Of a stretch of 64,000 nucleotides of DNA, positions 25,101 to 34,554 are shown one piece after another (the first letter of the stretch is position 1; each line of letters begins with the position of its first letter). A model generated the notes under the pieces. The model had not been told where the DNA came from. It did not search any database and saw only the letters and a program-made list of their open reading frames with translations. The stretch comes from a virus (Duplodnaviria > Caudoviricetes), in IMG/VR virus record IMGVR_UViG_3300012280_000034, positions 299-64,298 of that record; one strand, given 5' to 3'. The position numbers were made by a program, and so were the translations under genes.

Positions 25101-26080
25101 ATGAAATATCAGACCTTCAAGAACAGCTTAAACTTTTGGACAGAAAAGACAATCAACGCAGCTATGAGCAAACAATCGCTGACTTAAAACAACAAATCGA
25201 ATATTGGAGCGTCAGAACATCCGAAGAAGCGAGAAAAAAAGTTGTTGAACTTGAACAGCAGATTGACGAAGAAAAATACAAGCATCAACTCGAACAACAG
25301 AAACAAAGCCTAAACGATAAAATCGACGTACTTGAGGATGAAATCGATGAAATCGAAGCCACTGCTAATGAAGAAAAAAAGAAGTGGGAAAAATCCTATA
25401 AGCAAATTGAAAAAGCCTTCGACAGCCATAGTGCTAATATAGTTGCATTAGCCGGAGCAATGTCTAAGGAAGCATATGAACAATGGGTTAATAATTATCT
25501 AAACCCGTTGCAAGAGGCATTAGCTGAGAATGATTACGGTTCATTTGATAGCATCTCAGGCGGTCTAAGCGGTTCTATAGGAGATTTAGACAATAAGGCT
25601 GGTAATTCATCTAATGCCAAAATTTATCAAGCTGCAAAATCAATTCTAAGCCTAAAAAAACAATGGACTGATGGAGATATGTCGGCAGCAGATAAGGCGG
25701 TTCAGTATTACAATCAACTTAGGAACTTGGGAAGTACAGGGCAAACAGTTGCTGATTATTTGAATACTGCAAATTACGAATCAGCTAAAAATTATGTCAA
25801 TAACCTTCCTAAAATGCATTCCGGCGGAAAGACACTATCATATGGTGCTGTTTATATGAAACCCGGTGAATTAACATTCCCACCTGATTTATCAAAGGGA
25901 TTGGAAAGGTTGTTCCCTCTTTTAAGCAATTTAGCAAAGTCAGGAAATATGACATACGACCAAAAGAAAGAAATTAAAATTGATAGGCTTGTTAACATCG
26001 AAAACAACCGTATGGAAGATAATGCGGATGAGCAGAGTTTTGCAAGAGAAATTAACAGGGTTTTAAACTCAGTATTTTAA
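22172..26080 (+). CDS. Tape measure protein (TP901 family)
   Basis: 1302 aa, helical; TP901-type core (LMDKINKTGD...TGREVGNALNSILS). Confidence 0.93.
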   Translation: MDDNSMVKIMQSLGLDYSPAILSTKQFEQSIESLNKQLLGMKGIAIQTAKDVSNAFSSQMGGAVGSKTIVDQYGNAFKTIQNESVKMSESHIRISNAAKQHSQSVEDVKNQYDMLGNEFQRRASWFITGGMFYGGIKAAKETVSSIKDVEMGMVEIARVMEDSTFRFNGYRDQLLQLGVDYGQSFDNVQDIALRWAQAGYNVKDSLDLTRTSLLALNTAELDASNATESMIGIMSQWNMTASELPLLMDKINKTGDDFTVTSQDLVDGLLRSSSAAKIMNMNVDETIALLTVMREASGRTGREVGNALNSILSYIQRPKSIDTLESMGITVFADEAGTQFRNVMEIFQDVASKWNTASDEIKDGFVSAADDAGLFSEELATALGLQEEWNDIQARDIAQASAGVYRRNYYIGMIERLSNAQNVLNGLTNAAGYSQSENARTMDTLEKKYQSLQTSVTQLAVALGDAGLLDVLKNITDSAVSVTQAIGNVDDEGKALILTVLEITAAVTALKGVAGLFTTKNILFGTAEAAALLPGWLKLLAIIPAVIAGISLYNNNLNSAKFSSDDFIKKQQTLVKNYESQVKATEETAKIMEVEAKTAELLADKLETLNQKESLNVSEKAQLKDITEKLNSTFPQLGLAIDEQTGKVIGNTSAIYDNIAALREQAIAQAYQAKMQATATAYVEQEMLLGQTKSEIDLAKGDIVSLSGNKFNNYQDYLAEAAELKSKAEMQNWGKRTLTLRQLELRKKYGIVEAETEINKRFDEVNSLEKLATEQEVRLKELDDELQDWMNKAVETASNVSKTDYVPSTSSPKSGSTSGSTYKNPALSEALKVLDYKKYINKLTTEEEIATLNEIKANHVKTADELMDINKRIYSAEKQLEQDKKDESEKTYKEEINNIQYMARLGIYSVQQQIDAFKELYSIKIDGLDNEQERIENLFSLYKQLLSEEQKKIKDAYDERLKLIDEEADKKKKARQDEISDLQEQLKLLDRKDNQRSYEQTIADLKQQIEYWSVRTSEEARKKVVELEQQIDEEKYKHQLEQQKQSLNDKIDVLEDEIDEIEATANEEKKKWEKSYKQIEKAFDSHSANIVALAGAMSKEAYEQWVNNYLNPLQEALAENDYGSFDSISGGLSGSIGDLDNKAGNSSNAKIYQAAKSILSLKKQWTDGDMSAADKAVQYYNQLRNLGSTGQTVADYLNTANYESAKNYVNNLPKMHSGGKTLSYGAVYMKPGELTFPPDLSKGLERLFPLLSNLAKSGNMTYDQKKEIKIDRLVNIENNRMEDNADEQSFAREINRVLNSVF

Positions 26081-26099
26081 AAAACAAGGACGGTGGAAT

Positions 26100-26600
26100 A
26101 TGTATGTAGACATTATTAATTATATTAAATCAATTCAGGAAACAAATCCTGTGTTATCTATTTTTATAGGCACATTAACATATGTATTGTTCCCTGAACA
26201 AGCTTATTTAACAGCATTTTGCGCCGTATTAGCGATAATGGTGCTCGATGTTGTGACTAAGTATTATTCAATATCAGTTAATCACGGTGGACTTTGGAAA
26301 AGCATTAAATTAAAGCATATAAATAGTAATAAGATGTGGGAAGGTACTTCAAGAAAAATATTTACCTATATGATTATCTTCATCATGATAGGTCTCTCCT
26401 ACAGAGTTTCTCCGGTTGCTGGCGCGGCTTCTTTTTTAGGAACAATAGTATATTCATTGCTGTTTCTAAGAGAATGTCAATCGATACTGGAAAATTTAGA
26501 AGACGCTGGAGCCGATGTTGGTTGGCTCCTTTTAATTGTAAAAAAGAGAAAAAATAAAATATTAGAAGATGAAGGAGTAAAAGAAGATGCAGAAAATTAA
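26100..26600 (+). CDS. Holin (phage holin family 4-like)
   Basis: Several TM segments; RECQSILENL motif. Confidence 0.8.
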   Translation: MYVDIINYIKSIQETNPVLSIFIGTLTYVLFPEQAYLTAFCAVLAIMVLDVVTKYYSISVNHGGLWKSIKLKHINSNKMWEGTSRKIFTYMIIFIMIGLSYRVSPVAGAASFLGTIVYSLLFLRECQSILENLEDAGADVGWLLLIVKKRKNKILEDEGVKEDAEN

Positions 26601-26805
26601 TTGGAAGCAAAAATTGACATCAAGAAAGTTTTGGGTTGCATTTACAGGTTTTGTCACTGCTCTTTTGGTAGCATTTAAAGTACCAGACTTGACAATTGAG
26701 CAGGTTGTAGCATTAATTACGGCTGCTTCAACTTTAATCGCTTATATAATCGGTGAAGGCATGGTTGATGCCGCGAGGATAAACGGAAGTGATAAGATTG
26801 AATAA
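26587..26805 (+). CDS. Second small holin-like protein
   Basis: KINWKQKLTSRKFW; two TM segments; YIIGEGMVD. Confidence 0.75.
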   Translation: MQKINWKQKLTSRKFWVAFTGFVTALLVAFKVPDLTIEQVVALITAASTLIAYIIGEGMVDAARINGSDKIE

Positions 26806-27469
26806 CGGTTTAAATATAATACAAAGACTTGTTCCAGCCGAAAAATACGGCGTAAAATGTCCGTATAAAATGAATCCCACGTGTTATGTAGTGCATAATA
26901 CAGCAAATGATGCTACTGCAAGAAGCGAAATAAATTACATGATTAGCAATGATAATCAAACGTCGTTTCATTATGCGATAGACGACATAGAGATAGTGCA
27001 AGGAATTCCAGAAGACAGGAACGCTTTTCACGCAGGCGACGGCGCAAATGGCAAAGGAAACCGTTACGGAATATCTATTGAGATTTGTTATTCAAAATCA
27101 GGCGGTGAACGCTTCGGAAAAGCCGAACAGTTGGCGGCGAGATTCATAGCTTACGGACTCGTAAAACGTGGATGGGATATTAAGAAAGTAACAAAGCACC
27201 AAGACTATTCCGGCAAATATTGCCCTCATAGAACGCTTGATATGGGGTGGCAAAGATTTTTAAACATGATAAAAAAAGAAATGGAGCTGATTGTGTTGAC
27301 TGAAATAAAAAGATATAAAAATATATCAGAAATGCCTGAGTTTTACCAAGGATATATAAAAAAGTGGGTTGATGCCGGATACATTAAAGGTAATAAGGAT
27401 GGCACTTTGGACTTTACCGAAGATATGGTAAGATGCCTGATTATAGCAGAAAGAATGCAAGGTAAATAA
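26789..27469 (+). CDS. Endolysin, N-acetylmuramoyl-L-alanine amidase (Amidase_2, XlyA/CwlA-like)
   Basis: VVHNTAN, SFHYAID, AFHAGDG, SIEICYS, KHQDYSGKYCPHR motifs. Confidence 0.93.
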   Translation: MIRLNNGLNIIQRLVPAEKYGVKCPYKMNPTCYVVHNTANDATARSEINYMISNDNQTSFHYAIDDIEIVQGIPEDRNAFHAGDGANGKGNRYGISIEICYSKSGGERFGKAEQLAARFIAYGLVKRGWDIKKVTKHQDYSGKYCPHRTLDMGWQRFLNMIKKEMELIVLTEIKRYKNISEMPEFYQGYIKKWVDAGYIKGNKDGTLDFTEDMVRCLIIAERMQGK

Positions 27470-27478
27470 AAATATATA

Positions 27479-27504
27479 AAGTCACTCGTTCGGGTGACTT
27501 TTTT
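27479..27504 (+). terminator. Terminator after the endolysin
   Basis: AAGTCACTC-GTTC-GGGTGACTT followed by TTTT. Confidence 0.75.
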
Positions 27505-27507
27505 CAT

Positions 27508-28053
27508 TTGAAAGGAGTGATTTTATTGTTTAAAGACATGGGAAAAGGAATAGATAATATAAATGTTGGCTCAGCTCTTGGGATACATGAACATGCTAAG
27601 TGGCACCCTCAATGGAAAATAGATAAGTATAATGAAAATATGGATCTATACGAAACTGAGATTATTGACGGAAACTTAATGCTTAACGAGGGAATCTCTG
27701 AATTATTGAAATTACTAATCGGCGACGGAACAGCAACTAATTTTAATAATTCTAATGCCTACATTGGTGTCGGTGATGGTACAACTGCTGCAAGCGCAAC
27801 ACAAACTGGATTAACAGGGGTAAACAAAACTTATGCTCCAATGGATGCAACTTATCCTCAAATTAGTGGACAAACAATTACATTCAGGTCAACTTTCGGA
27901 CCAAGTGCTGGTAACCATAATTGGCGTGAATTTACGGTTGCTAATGGCAATTCTGACGCTGCTAAAAACCTGAATCGTAAAGTTGAGTCCGCCCTAAGAA
28001 CAAAAGTATCTCCGGATACATGGATAGTACAGCTCACAATCACGATATCGTAA
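27508..28053 (+). CDS. Minor tail/baseplate-type protein
   Basis: IGVGDGT...ATQTGL; GNHNWREF; precedes the fibre gene. Confidence 0.55.
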   Translation: MKGVILLFKDMGKGIDNINVGSALGIHEHAKWHPQWKIDKYNENMDLYETEIIDGNLMLNEGISELLKLLIGDGTATNFNNSNAYIGVGDGTTAASATQTGLTGVNKTYAPMDATYPQISGQTITFRSTFGPSAGNHNWREFTVANGNSDAAKNLNRKVESALRTKVSPDTWIVQLTITIS

Positions 28054-28068
28054 CCAGAGGTGATATAA

Positions 28069-30240
28069 ATGGCTAAAACGAATTGGCAAGACCCGCAATC
28101 CACCGAAATTATTTCTCCTCATATTTCAGGACTTCAAGAGGCTGCGGGAAAAATTGAAGAAAGCATCGGTTTACCCACTATATCTGAGACGGGAATGGTA
28201 TTATCAGAAGTCTTTATCTCAAACGATGATAGATATAGAATATTTCAAGCACCACAAGGTAAAAGAAATTGGGTTGCCTCCCCTACTCCAATTATTAAGA
28301 AAAACGGAACTATAATCAACAGTGATTTTATAATAGACTTCGGCGGCGGTGCGGTCATCTTTACCAATCCGATAGCCGGAAGCGATATTCTTACTGCTGA
28401 TGCTACATATACGGTTAAAATTGTAGGAAAGGGTTTATCAGAAGAAGACTTTACTACAGAAAATAAAGAAACTTTGAATTATGTTCATGATAATATTCAA
28501 ATAACTAAATCCCCCATTGGATTTCCTAATAGAGAAGATTCAATTTTTTCTTTTAATCAATCCACAAGGGAGTTTACAATTGAACCAACGAATGCAAATT
28601 ATGATGTTTATTTTAAAGATAAAAAATACACTAAATCATCAGCTGAGACTATTATTATTCCATTGCTAACAGGATTGCATTTTATATTCTTCGACCAATA
28701 CGGAACATTAACAACAAGTCAGGCTTTCCCTGGATTGCAAAATATGATTTATATTTCATACATTTATTGCAATGCAGATACTGGACAATATTTCTGTATG
28801 GGCGACGAAAGACATGGAACTGTTATGGACAAAGCTACACACGAGCGATTACATTCTGTTGATTGGACGCAGTGGGTTAATGGTTTGCAGGCATACGACT
28901 ATGAACTTAATAATCCAAATGGTGACAATGCTGTCAAGTTAAGCATAAATAACGGTATTGTCGCGGATGAAGACTTGAATCATTATATTTCTAATTCCCC
29001 TGCTCCATTGGCATTCTTTGAACAGTTTTTACAATCCTTTGCTAAACTTCCGGTTATGCATAGAAGTGGTGAAAATGGAGCATGGAATCAAGATACTGCA
29101 TCAGAATTTCCATTTAAGAACACAGCGAGTGGCCGCGTGAATTTCAATGAATACGATGGGACTACGTGGAAACAAACAGAAGCCCTGAATGGTGCTTTTG
29201 TTGCTTATTATGTAATATTTGCTGGCGATGTGAAAGAGCCTATCAAAGTTATTCAGGGTCAAAGATACGATTCGACATTAGAAGAAGCGCAAGCTAATAA
29301 TGATGATAGAAATATCTTGTGGGGCAATCAACCGTTTCAGGAATTTAAGGTGCTGTATAGGTTAATATATCAAACTTCAAATAGCTATGTTAATAGCAGA
29401 AAATCGCAGTTAGTTGATGTGCTTGACTTGAGAGCTGCTAAGCGTTCGCCCGGTGGCGGCGGCATTATTCCTTCAGCTCATAGTAATTTGACCGGGCTTG
29501 ATTATGCAAGTAGCGGTCATACGGGCTTTGCAAGTCAGGAACAAATTGAAAATTTAGATACCAAAACTAAAATACTTTACGCAAGATTTTATAACGGACC
29601 GCAAAGTGGCTTAGATAACATAGCACTGAATGTATTCGGCATAACAACCACTAATAATTTAATTTTTAAAATTACAGTTAATGAGAGTGCTCCTCCGTAT
29701 TTATTCGCGGGTAGTGCGTACGAAGTTGAAGAATACACGTATACAAACTTATATAAGGCTCAGACTGCTATATCTTACGGTGGTAATAAAAAGTTTAGAA
29801 AATGCGTAAATGGTGCATGGACAGCTTGGGAAGAAATTCCCACAACTGAAGAAGGAGTATGGACTCCTGAGCTTCGATTCGGAGGCAATAGCGTAGGAAT
29901 AGCCTACAGTCAAAGAAGCGGCAGATACAGACGAATTGGAAAATTTGTATACTGGGAAGCACAGTTTTCGCTAACAAGCAAAGGAACAAGTGTTGGACAA
30001 GCAAGCATAGGCGGGTTACCTTTTGCAGCTTCTGGAGATAGGTATATACCTATAAACAGATTAAGAATTAATTTTCCTTCAGGTGGTATAGATTTAAAAC
30101 TGTGGTTAGCTCACAATTCCGCAAGTTTAGTTTTTTATTCCAGTAGCGCCAGTGGGGGCGCTTCTGATTTAACTGTTACAGATGTGGAGTTTCTTAATAA
30201 TTCATCTTTTTACGCTTGTGGTACATACACAATAAATTAA
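28069..30240 (+). CDS. Tail fibre/receptor-binding protein
   Basis: 723 aa mosaic; C-terminal EEGVWTP...GRYRRIGKFVY...GGLPF module typical of fibres. Confidence 0.7.
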   Translation: MAKTNWQDPQSTEIISPHISGLQEAAGKIEESIGLPTISETGMVLSEVFISNDDRYRIFQAPQGKRNWVASPTPIIKKNGTIINSDFIIDFGGGAVIFTNPIAGSDILTADATYTVKIVGKGLSEEDFTTENKETLNYVHDNIQITKSPIGFPNREDSIFSFNQSTREFTIEPTNANYDVYFKDKKYTKSSAETIIIPLLTGLHFIFFDQYGTLTTSQAFPGLQNMIYISYIYCNADTGQYFCMGDERHGTVMDKATHERLHSVDWTQWVNGLQAYDYELNNPNGDNAVKLSINNGIVADEDLNHYISNSPAPLAFFEQFLQSFAKLPVMHRSGENGAWNQDTASEFPFKNTASGRVNFNEYDGTTWKQTEALNGAFVAYYVIFAGDVKEPIKVIQGQRYDSTLEEAQANNDDRNILWGNQPFQEFKVLYRLIYQTSNSYVNSRKSQLVDVLDLRAAKRSPGGGGIIPSAHSNLTGLDYASSGHTGFASQEQIENLDTKTKILYARFYNGPQSGLDNIALNVFGITTTNNLIFKITVNESAPPYLFAGSAYEVEEYTYTNLYKAQTAISYGGNKKFRKCVNGAWTAWEEIPTTEEGVWTPELRFGGNSVGIAYSQRSGRYRRIGKFVYWEAQFSLTSKGTSVGQASIGGLPFAASGDRYIPINRLRINFPSGGIDLKLWLAHNSASLVFYSSSASGGASDLTVTDVEFLNNSSFYACGTYTIN

Positions 30241-30253
30241 AGGGAGATTGAAA

Positions 30254-30547
30254 ATGTCAGAAAAATACACATTAGATATACTTACAGACGATAATGTTAG
30301 CATTAAAAAAGAGGATTGCCGCAAGGCGTATGCAAATAGTGAGAGCGGAAGGCAGGAGTTGAAAACTGAAATTCCTGAACCTTATTTAAGTCAAGTTCTT
30401 GCTATATGGGGAGATGTGCCCACAGTTATTGAAGAACTGCCGGAATCACAAGAACCAACCTTATTAAAACCGACAGTTGAGGATAGACTTGAAGCAATGG
30501 AAGAAGCTTTATTATTTATAACGTTAGGAGGTGGAATGGATGTATAA
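30254..30547 (+). CDS. Tail-fibre chaperone-like protein (XkdW-like position)
   Basis: C-terminal PTVEDRLEAMEEALL; precedes xkdX-like gene. Confidence 0.55.
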   Translation: MSEKYTLDILTDDNVSIKKEDCRKAYANSESGRQELKTEIPEPYLSQVLAIWGDVPTVIEELPESQEPTLLKPTVEDRLEAMEEALLFITLGGGMDV

Positions 30548-30668
30548 CTTTATATTAAACATGTGGGTTATGAAAAGAATAACCGAGGAACAAGTGCAAG
30601 CTTATGTTGTTAAAGGCTATATTACGCAGGAACAGGCTAATATGATACTTGCAACCCCTCAGGCATAG
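30540..30668 (+). CDS. xkdX: XkdX-family small protein
   Basis: MYNFILNMW...VVKGYITQEQANMIL, 42 aa; read manually. Confidence 0.75.
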   Translation: MYNFILNMWVMKRITEEQVQAYVVKGYITQEQANMILATPQA

Positions 30669-30673
30669 GGAAT

Positions 30674-30766
30674 AAAAAAGCCACTCGGCTCAAAACTACG
30701 TTTGTTAGGCTCCTGAGTAGCTAAGTGGTAATCAGACCAAGGCTCCAATTGCCGAGTGCTGATACC
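30674..30766 (-). ncRNA. Candidate ~93-nt sRNA
   Basis: TTGTCA(30801-796)-17-TATAAT(30778-773) promoter; terminator GAGCC-GAGT-GGCTT followed by TTTT; no ORF; GGAGCCT twice. Confidence 0.6.
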
Positions 30767-30863
30767 ATAGTTATTATATTAAAAAATAAATACATTGACA
30801 ATAGGCAACAAAAGAAAAATTTAGCGGACTAAAAGCGGATATATTAAAATCCGCTTTTAACTT

Positions 30864-30995
30864 TTACGCAAATTCAGTCCCATTGCATTTTGAACATGGC
30901 GGCATTTTATCAGTATCATCATCGAGCGTTACTTTTTGACCGCATTTCAAACAAATGTAAGTACCTTTTCCCGGCTTTTCTCCAGTTGTAGGCAT
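30864..30995 (-). CDS. 43-aa zinc-ribbon protein (moron)
   Basis: MPTTGEKPGKGTYICLKCG...PPCSKCNGTEFA; own extended -10 TGTTATAAT (31051-43). Confidence 0.75.
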   Translation of the reverse strand: MPTTGEKPGKGTYICLKCGQKVTLDDDTDKMPPCSKCNGTEFA

Positions 30996-31094
30996 TAAAA
31001 TCACCATCCTTTTGCAATTATTTGTCAAAATATGACTAAATCATTATAACATATATCTGTAACTTTGCAAACCATTTCATATTAGGAGTTTAAT

Positions 31095-32177
31095 ATGGCA
31101 AACTATAATTCAGGAAAATTCTATAATAAAAAACTTCCGGAAGGCGGAGCTACGTATAATTCGGCTCCGTTTCTTATTTTAATACTTGATAACGGCTCAT
31201 GCATAGATGACGTTTACAGTATTTTATCTAACATAAATACAACAGATACCGCATACTTTAACGATAATGTTCTAATAGCTGCAAGTATTGAATTAATTGA
31301 CGTATCTGAAGGTAATGACGAAGTTGAAAGCGTATCAAATATATCTACAATTGAAGATTCGGGAATAGGTGAAGATCTATTACAATCCATAATTAATAGC
31401 TTAAAAATTCAAGATGTATCATATGGAAATGATGTTGTTTCAGCTCCTGCGGTCGCTTTCTTTACAGTTGATTCTGATAATATACTTCAGCCGTTAGGTG
31501 TGTTTGTTACAAAAGATAGCAGATATGAATTGCTTCCGTCTACAAGAGATATCTCCGAAGAAATAGCAGGAATACACGGAGAGCTTGACTTTGGGACAGA
31601 ATTCAAGGCAAGAACTTTAGAATTGACAGTTGCCTTGATTAATGATAATGATTGCGAAACTGATACGCCAATGACAAGAGAAGAATTGAAGCGATTGTAC
31701 GCAAAATATCTTGACCCAACGAAAGGTTATCGTAATCTTGTTTTCTCTGACGATGTCAACAAAACATATCAAGTTAAATACTCAGGTAGAATTGATTTTA
31801 CGCAATATCCTAATTGGTTCGAGTTTACAATACCTTTCAAAATGGCTAATCCGTTTATAATAGGTTCAATTGAAAAGACTCAAATTGGTAGCGGGATATT
31901 AGTTAATGATGGCACTTATGAAACAGGCATATTAATTGAAATTAATGGTCCAGTCACAAATCCTTCATTGACAATTAGCGGTGATATTTTAAGTTACAAC
32001 GGAACAATATTTGGTGGTCAGGTGTTGTCCATAGACACAGAAAAGAAAATTGTTAAAATTGGAAATGAAAATGCTGTTAGTAATTATAACGGTGCCTTCC
32101 CTCTTCTGCCTCCCGGTAAAACCTCAATTGTGGCAGAGAATAATATCACTGTAAAATGGAGAGATAAATGGTTGTAA
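31095..32177 (+). CDS. Distal tail protein (Dit) with N-terminal extension
   Basis: FKARTLEL, FTIPFKMANPF, YNGAFPLLPPG, WRDKWL motifs. Confidence 0.75.
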   Translation: MANYNSGKFYNKKLPEGGATYNSAPFLILILDNGSCIDDVYSILSNINTTDTAYFNDNVLIAASIELIDVSEGNDEVESVSNISTIEDSGIGEDLLQSIINSLKIQDVSYGNDVVSAPAVAFFTVDSDNILQPLGVFVTKDSRYELLPSTRDISEEIAGIHGELDFGTEFKARTLELTVALINDNDCETDTPMTREELKRLYAKYLDPTKGYRNLVFSDDVNKTYQVKYSGRIDFTQYPNWFEFTIPFKMANPFIIGSIEKTQIGSGILVNDGTYETGILIEINGPVTNPSLTISGDILSYNGTIFGGQVLSIDTEKKIVKIGNENAVSNYNGAFPLLPPGKTSIVAENNITVKWRDKWL

Positions 32178-32195
32178 TCTATAGGAGGTCTATTA

Positions 32196-34370
32196 ATGGA
32201 AATACCAAAATATATAGAAATCAAAGCCGCTGATAAAACAGTGGCTTTTTTATCCCCACAAAGTGATGGACTAAAAGAAGTTTATACGGATTGCAGGATT
32301 AACGGTGAATCTACATTGGAGTTTAGTCTGCCTTCGGATAATGAGAAAATAAACGAATTAAGTCCTGAATGTGAAATATATGCTGGTGGTAGAGTTTATA
32401 ATTTATTAAAAGAAGATGCTGTTGATGATGTTATGGATGACCAAGGACGATTATGGTCTAAATATATAGCCGTAGAGCGCTGGAATGAATTAGACAGCGA
32501 ATATCCCGAACCTTATATAACTAATGACCCCACTATCCCCTATCCCGCTGATTTAGCTGTTATAATCGTCGGTGGTGGCACAAACTTGTCTGGTGGACTC
32601 TATTCTGTAGGAACTGCCACTCATGCTCTCTACGCTGTTTTAAAAGGCTCAGATTGGAATATAGGTATCTGTGATGTAACAGGAATATATGACTTAGAAG
32701 CAGAAAAAATAAGTCGCTTACAGCTGATAAAGCAAATCCAAAACACATGGGGCGGTTATTTAGTTTGGGATAGTGTTAACAAGATTGTTCACTTACGAGA
32801 CGGTCAACAATGGCAGAATTACACAGGTTTTCAAGTCAGATACGCCAAAAACATGAAGCATATAACAAGAACCCAGTCTAATAAACTTGTTACAAAGCTA
32901 TACTGCTTTGGAAAAGATGATTTAGACATTGCTTCAGTAAATGGCGGTCTAAAATATGTAACAGACTTCAGTTATACAAATAAAGTCTATACAGGAATAT
33001 ACAGTAATCCTGACATAAGCGAACCTGATGAATTAAAAGAGAAAGGCCTTGCGGAACTTTCGTTAAATTGCAAACCCAAATATAATTATCAAATTAAAAT
33101 GGTTGATTTGAGGACTCTACCTGAGTACTCACATGAAGATTTTACCCTCGGAGATATGGTAGACGTTGTTAATCCAAAAATGAATATTGAGGAAAATGTA
33201 AGGCTTATTCGTCATAAGTATAATTTGTTCAAACCTTGGGAATGTGAACTTGAACTCGGCGACGTTAACGAAAGATTTATCGAAAAGCTTAAAGCATCAT
33301 TTGATACAACGAGCTTTATTGATAAGACTTTTAACTCTATCGGTAATATGTCAGGTTCCAGAATTGTTGACGGCTCTGTTATAAGTAATAAAATCGCTGA
33401 TGCCGCAATTGAAGCTTCAAAGTTCAATACCAAGCAGATAATATTGACAGGTGATATTTGGAAGAACAATAACCCTGCGAATGGATATGTTTCTTGGAAC
33501 ACGCATCAAGTGGCTTATGATGGTACCATGTATACCATCATGGCGGGCAATACAAATAAAAAATATATTGTGTGGAGAAAGAGTATAAGTCAAGGTGTTT
33601 ATCAAACATACACCGAATCGGAGTTTACTAATGTAACTTTAGCTGATGATGAACTGGTAGTTGCTGTTAATAATGGCGGTATACACGACATAGCTTGGTA
33701 CAGTAGACTTGCAAGACAGTTTATAGGTAGCGCATTTATAGCTGATTTAGCTGTTAAGTCTGCTCATATTGCCGATGCTGCTATCACTAATGCTAAGATA
33801 GCACAGTTAGCCGTACAAGCTGCAAATATAGCGAATGCAGCGATTACTTCCGCTAAAATTCAGGATTTAGCAGTTGACACATTAAAAATTGGTGATACAG
33901 CAATTACTGAGGAAAAACTCGCAAATTTAGCTGTTACATCCGCTAAGTTAGCCAACCTTGCTGTAACTACGGCAAAGATAGCAAACTTAGCTGTAACTGA
34001 TGCTAAGATTCAGAGTTTATCGGCGGATAAGATTACGGCGGGAATCATAAGAGCATTGATTGAGATAATGTCTCCCAAAATATATAGTGGTAGATATTAC
34101 GGTTCTACTTCAGGTGGCCCATTTTTAGAAATAGGCATTGCTGGCGGTGGGGGGAGAGGACAAATATCATTGTTTAATGGGTCTTCACAAGATGTAGTTT
34201 TTGCAGCAATTGAAGCGCTAAGCGAAACTCAACTTGCTTTCGCTCAACAAGGCGGAACGCTAAAATCCTTTCTTGACGTGAGCAAAACCGAAGCGGTGGC
34301 TAAGCCACAGGGCAACTGGGATTTCTCAGAAGCTAATACAACTGGAATCATAGCGAGATTTGCAGGATAA
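32196..34370 (+). CDS. Tail spike/Tal-like protein (prophage endopeptidase-type N-terminus plus 10-aa repeats)
   Basis: VRYAKNMKHITR, LVTKLYCFGKD, LGDMVDV motifs; about ten (L/A)A(V/I)xxAKIAx repeats. Confidence 0.8.
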   Translation: MEIPKYIEIKAADKTVAFLSPQSDGLKEVYTDCRINGESTLEFSLPSDNEKINELSPECEIYAGGRVYNLLKEDAVDDVMDDQGRLWSKYIAVERWNELDSEYPEPYITNDPTIPYPADLAVIIVGGGTNLSGGLYSVGTATHALYAVLKGSDWNIGICDVTGIYDLEAEKISRLQLIKQIQNTWGGYLVWDSVNKIVHLRDGQQWQNYTGFQVRYAKNMKHITRTQSNKLVTKLYCFGKDDLDIASVNGGLKYVTDFSYTNKVYTGIYSNPDISEPDELKEKGLAELSLNCKPKYNYQIKMVDLRTLPEYSHEDFTLGDMVDVVNPKMNIEENVRLIRHKYNLFKPWECELELGDVNERFIEKLKASFDTTSFIDKTFNSIGNMSGSRIVDGSVISNKIADAAIEASKFNTKQIILTGDIWKNNNPANGYVSWNTHQVAYDGTMYTIMAGNTNKKYIVWRKSISQGVYQTYTESEFTNVTLADDELVVAVNNGGIHDIAWYSRLARQFIGSAFIADLAVKSAHIADAAITNAKIAQLAVQAANIANAAITSAKIQDLAVDTLKIGDTAITEEKLANLAVTSAKLANLAVTTAKIANLAVTDAKIQSLSADKITAGIIRALIEIMSPKIYSGRYYGSTSGGPFLEIGIAGGGGRGQISLFNGSSQDVVFAAIEALSETQLAFAQQGGTLKSFLDVSKTEAVAKPQGNWDFSEANTTGIIARFAG
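33747..34040 (+). repeat. About ten 30-nt/10-aa tandem coding repeats in the tail spike
   Basis: LAVKSAHIAD AAITNAKIAQ LAVQAANIAN AAITSAKIQD ... LAVTDAKIQS. Confidence 0.85.
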
Positions 34371-34392
34371 ATCAATGAAAGGTGGCGAGGAA

Positions 34393-34539
34393 ATGGAAGA
34401 AATGGTTTTAATGGAATCAAAGTATTGTATTGGTGATAGTCTACGCAATGCTTCCGCAATAGATGAAAGTTTTGCTAACATTGATTTTCATAACAGAAAA
34501 ATACTTAATACTCTTATAACGGAAGCTATTAAAGCGTAA
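34393..34539 (+). CDS. 48-aa hypothetical protein
   Basis: GAGG SD; read manually. Confidence 0.5.
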   Translation: MEEMVLMESKYCIGDSLRNASAIDESFANIDFHNRKILNTLITEAIKA

Positions 34540-34554
34540 ACTATGCGAATTAAA

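Noticed and set aside
33747-34040. 10-aa tandem repeats in the tail spike as a novel array or CRISPR
   Set aside because: They are in-frame coding repeats of a type common in phage tail proteins, with no spacer structure.
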